A stretch of DNA of 62,961 nucleotides, filler included, from Octopus bimaculoides (lineage: Eukaryota), in NCBI RefSeq assembly GCF_001194135.2. It is 4 parts of 4 records of this genome, joined end to end, with 100 filler letters (N's around TTAATTAATTAA, not from the genome) between each part and the next. Parts side by side here need not be neighbours in the genome. Positions count along the whole stretch, not along the records: positions 57,220 to 62,961 come from NC_068993.1; 3 more parts are not named here. The stretch is one strand, 5' to 3'. Both the position numbers and the translations under genes were made by a program. This document shows, piece after piece, positions 62,895 through 62,961 of the stretch. Each line of letters starts with the position of its first letter. Within the stretch, counting starts at the first letter, position 1. The notes below the pieces were generated by a model. It was not told the origin of the DNA, ran no database searches, and saw only the letters and a list, made by a program, of their open reading frames with translations.

Positions 62895-62961
<67 letters not shown>

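Overview
This is AT-rich, repeat-dense animal genomic DNA with many N gaps. The SINE/LINE families and the 18S fragment suggest an octopod cephalopod, but that is an inference. The only confidently identifiable host gene is the 3' part of a chymotrypsin-fold (S1A) serine protease on the + strand: three coding exons at 1505-1673, 2752-2885 and 5598-5768, carrying catalytic Asp102 and Ser195; the His57 exon was not found and is probably upstream of the window. Its S1 pocket is the unusual Gly189/Gly216/Asp226 type. The rest is mostly microsatellites, three abundant tRNA-derived SINE families and decayed mobile elements: RTE, R4/Dong-like and Tx1-like LINE pieces, two maT (DD37D) Tc1/mariner relics, two hAT MITEs with intact 8-bp TSDs, and four Penelope-like (RT/GIY-YIG) pieces. 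The most notable observations are: (i) a 5'-truncated Penelope-like element fused directly to a same-strand ~230-bp 18S rRNA fragment; (ii) minimal type I hammerhead ribozyme motifs inside palindromic repeats whose second arm would pair with and mask half of the ribozyme; (iii) a chain of R4/Dong-like insertions, each bounded by (TAA)n. Three 100-bp N44-TTAATTAATTAA-N44 linkers are artificial joins, so adjacency across 24915, 30643 and 57120 is not established. Nearly all long ORFs in the supplied track are microsatellite or N-gap artefacts. SINE and LINE boundaries are approximate (about +/-20 bp).
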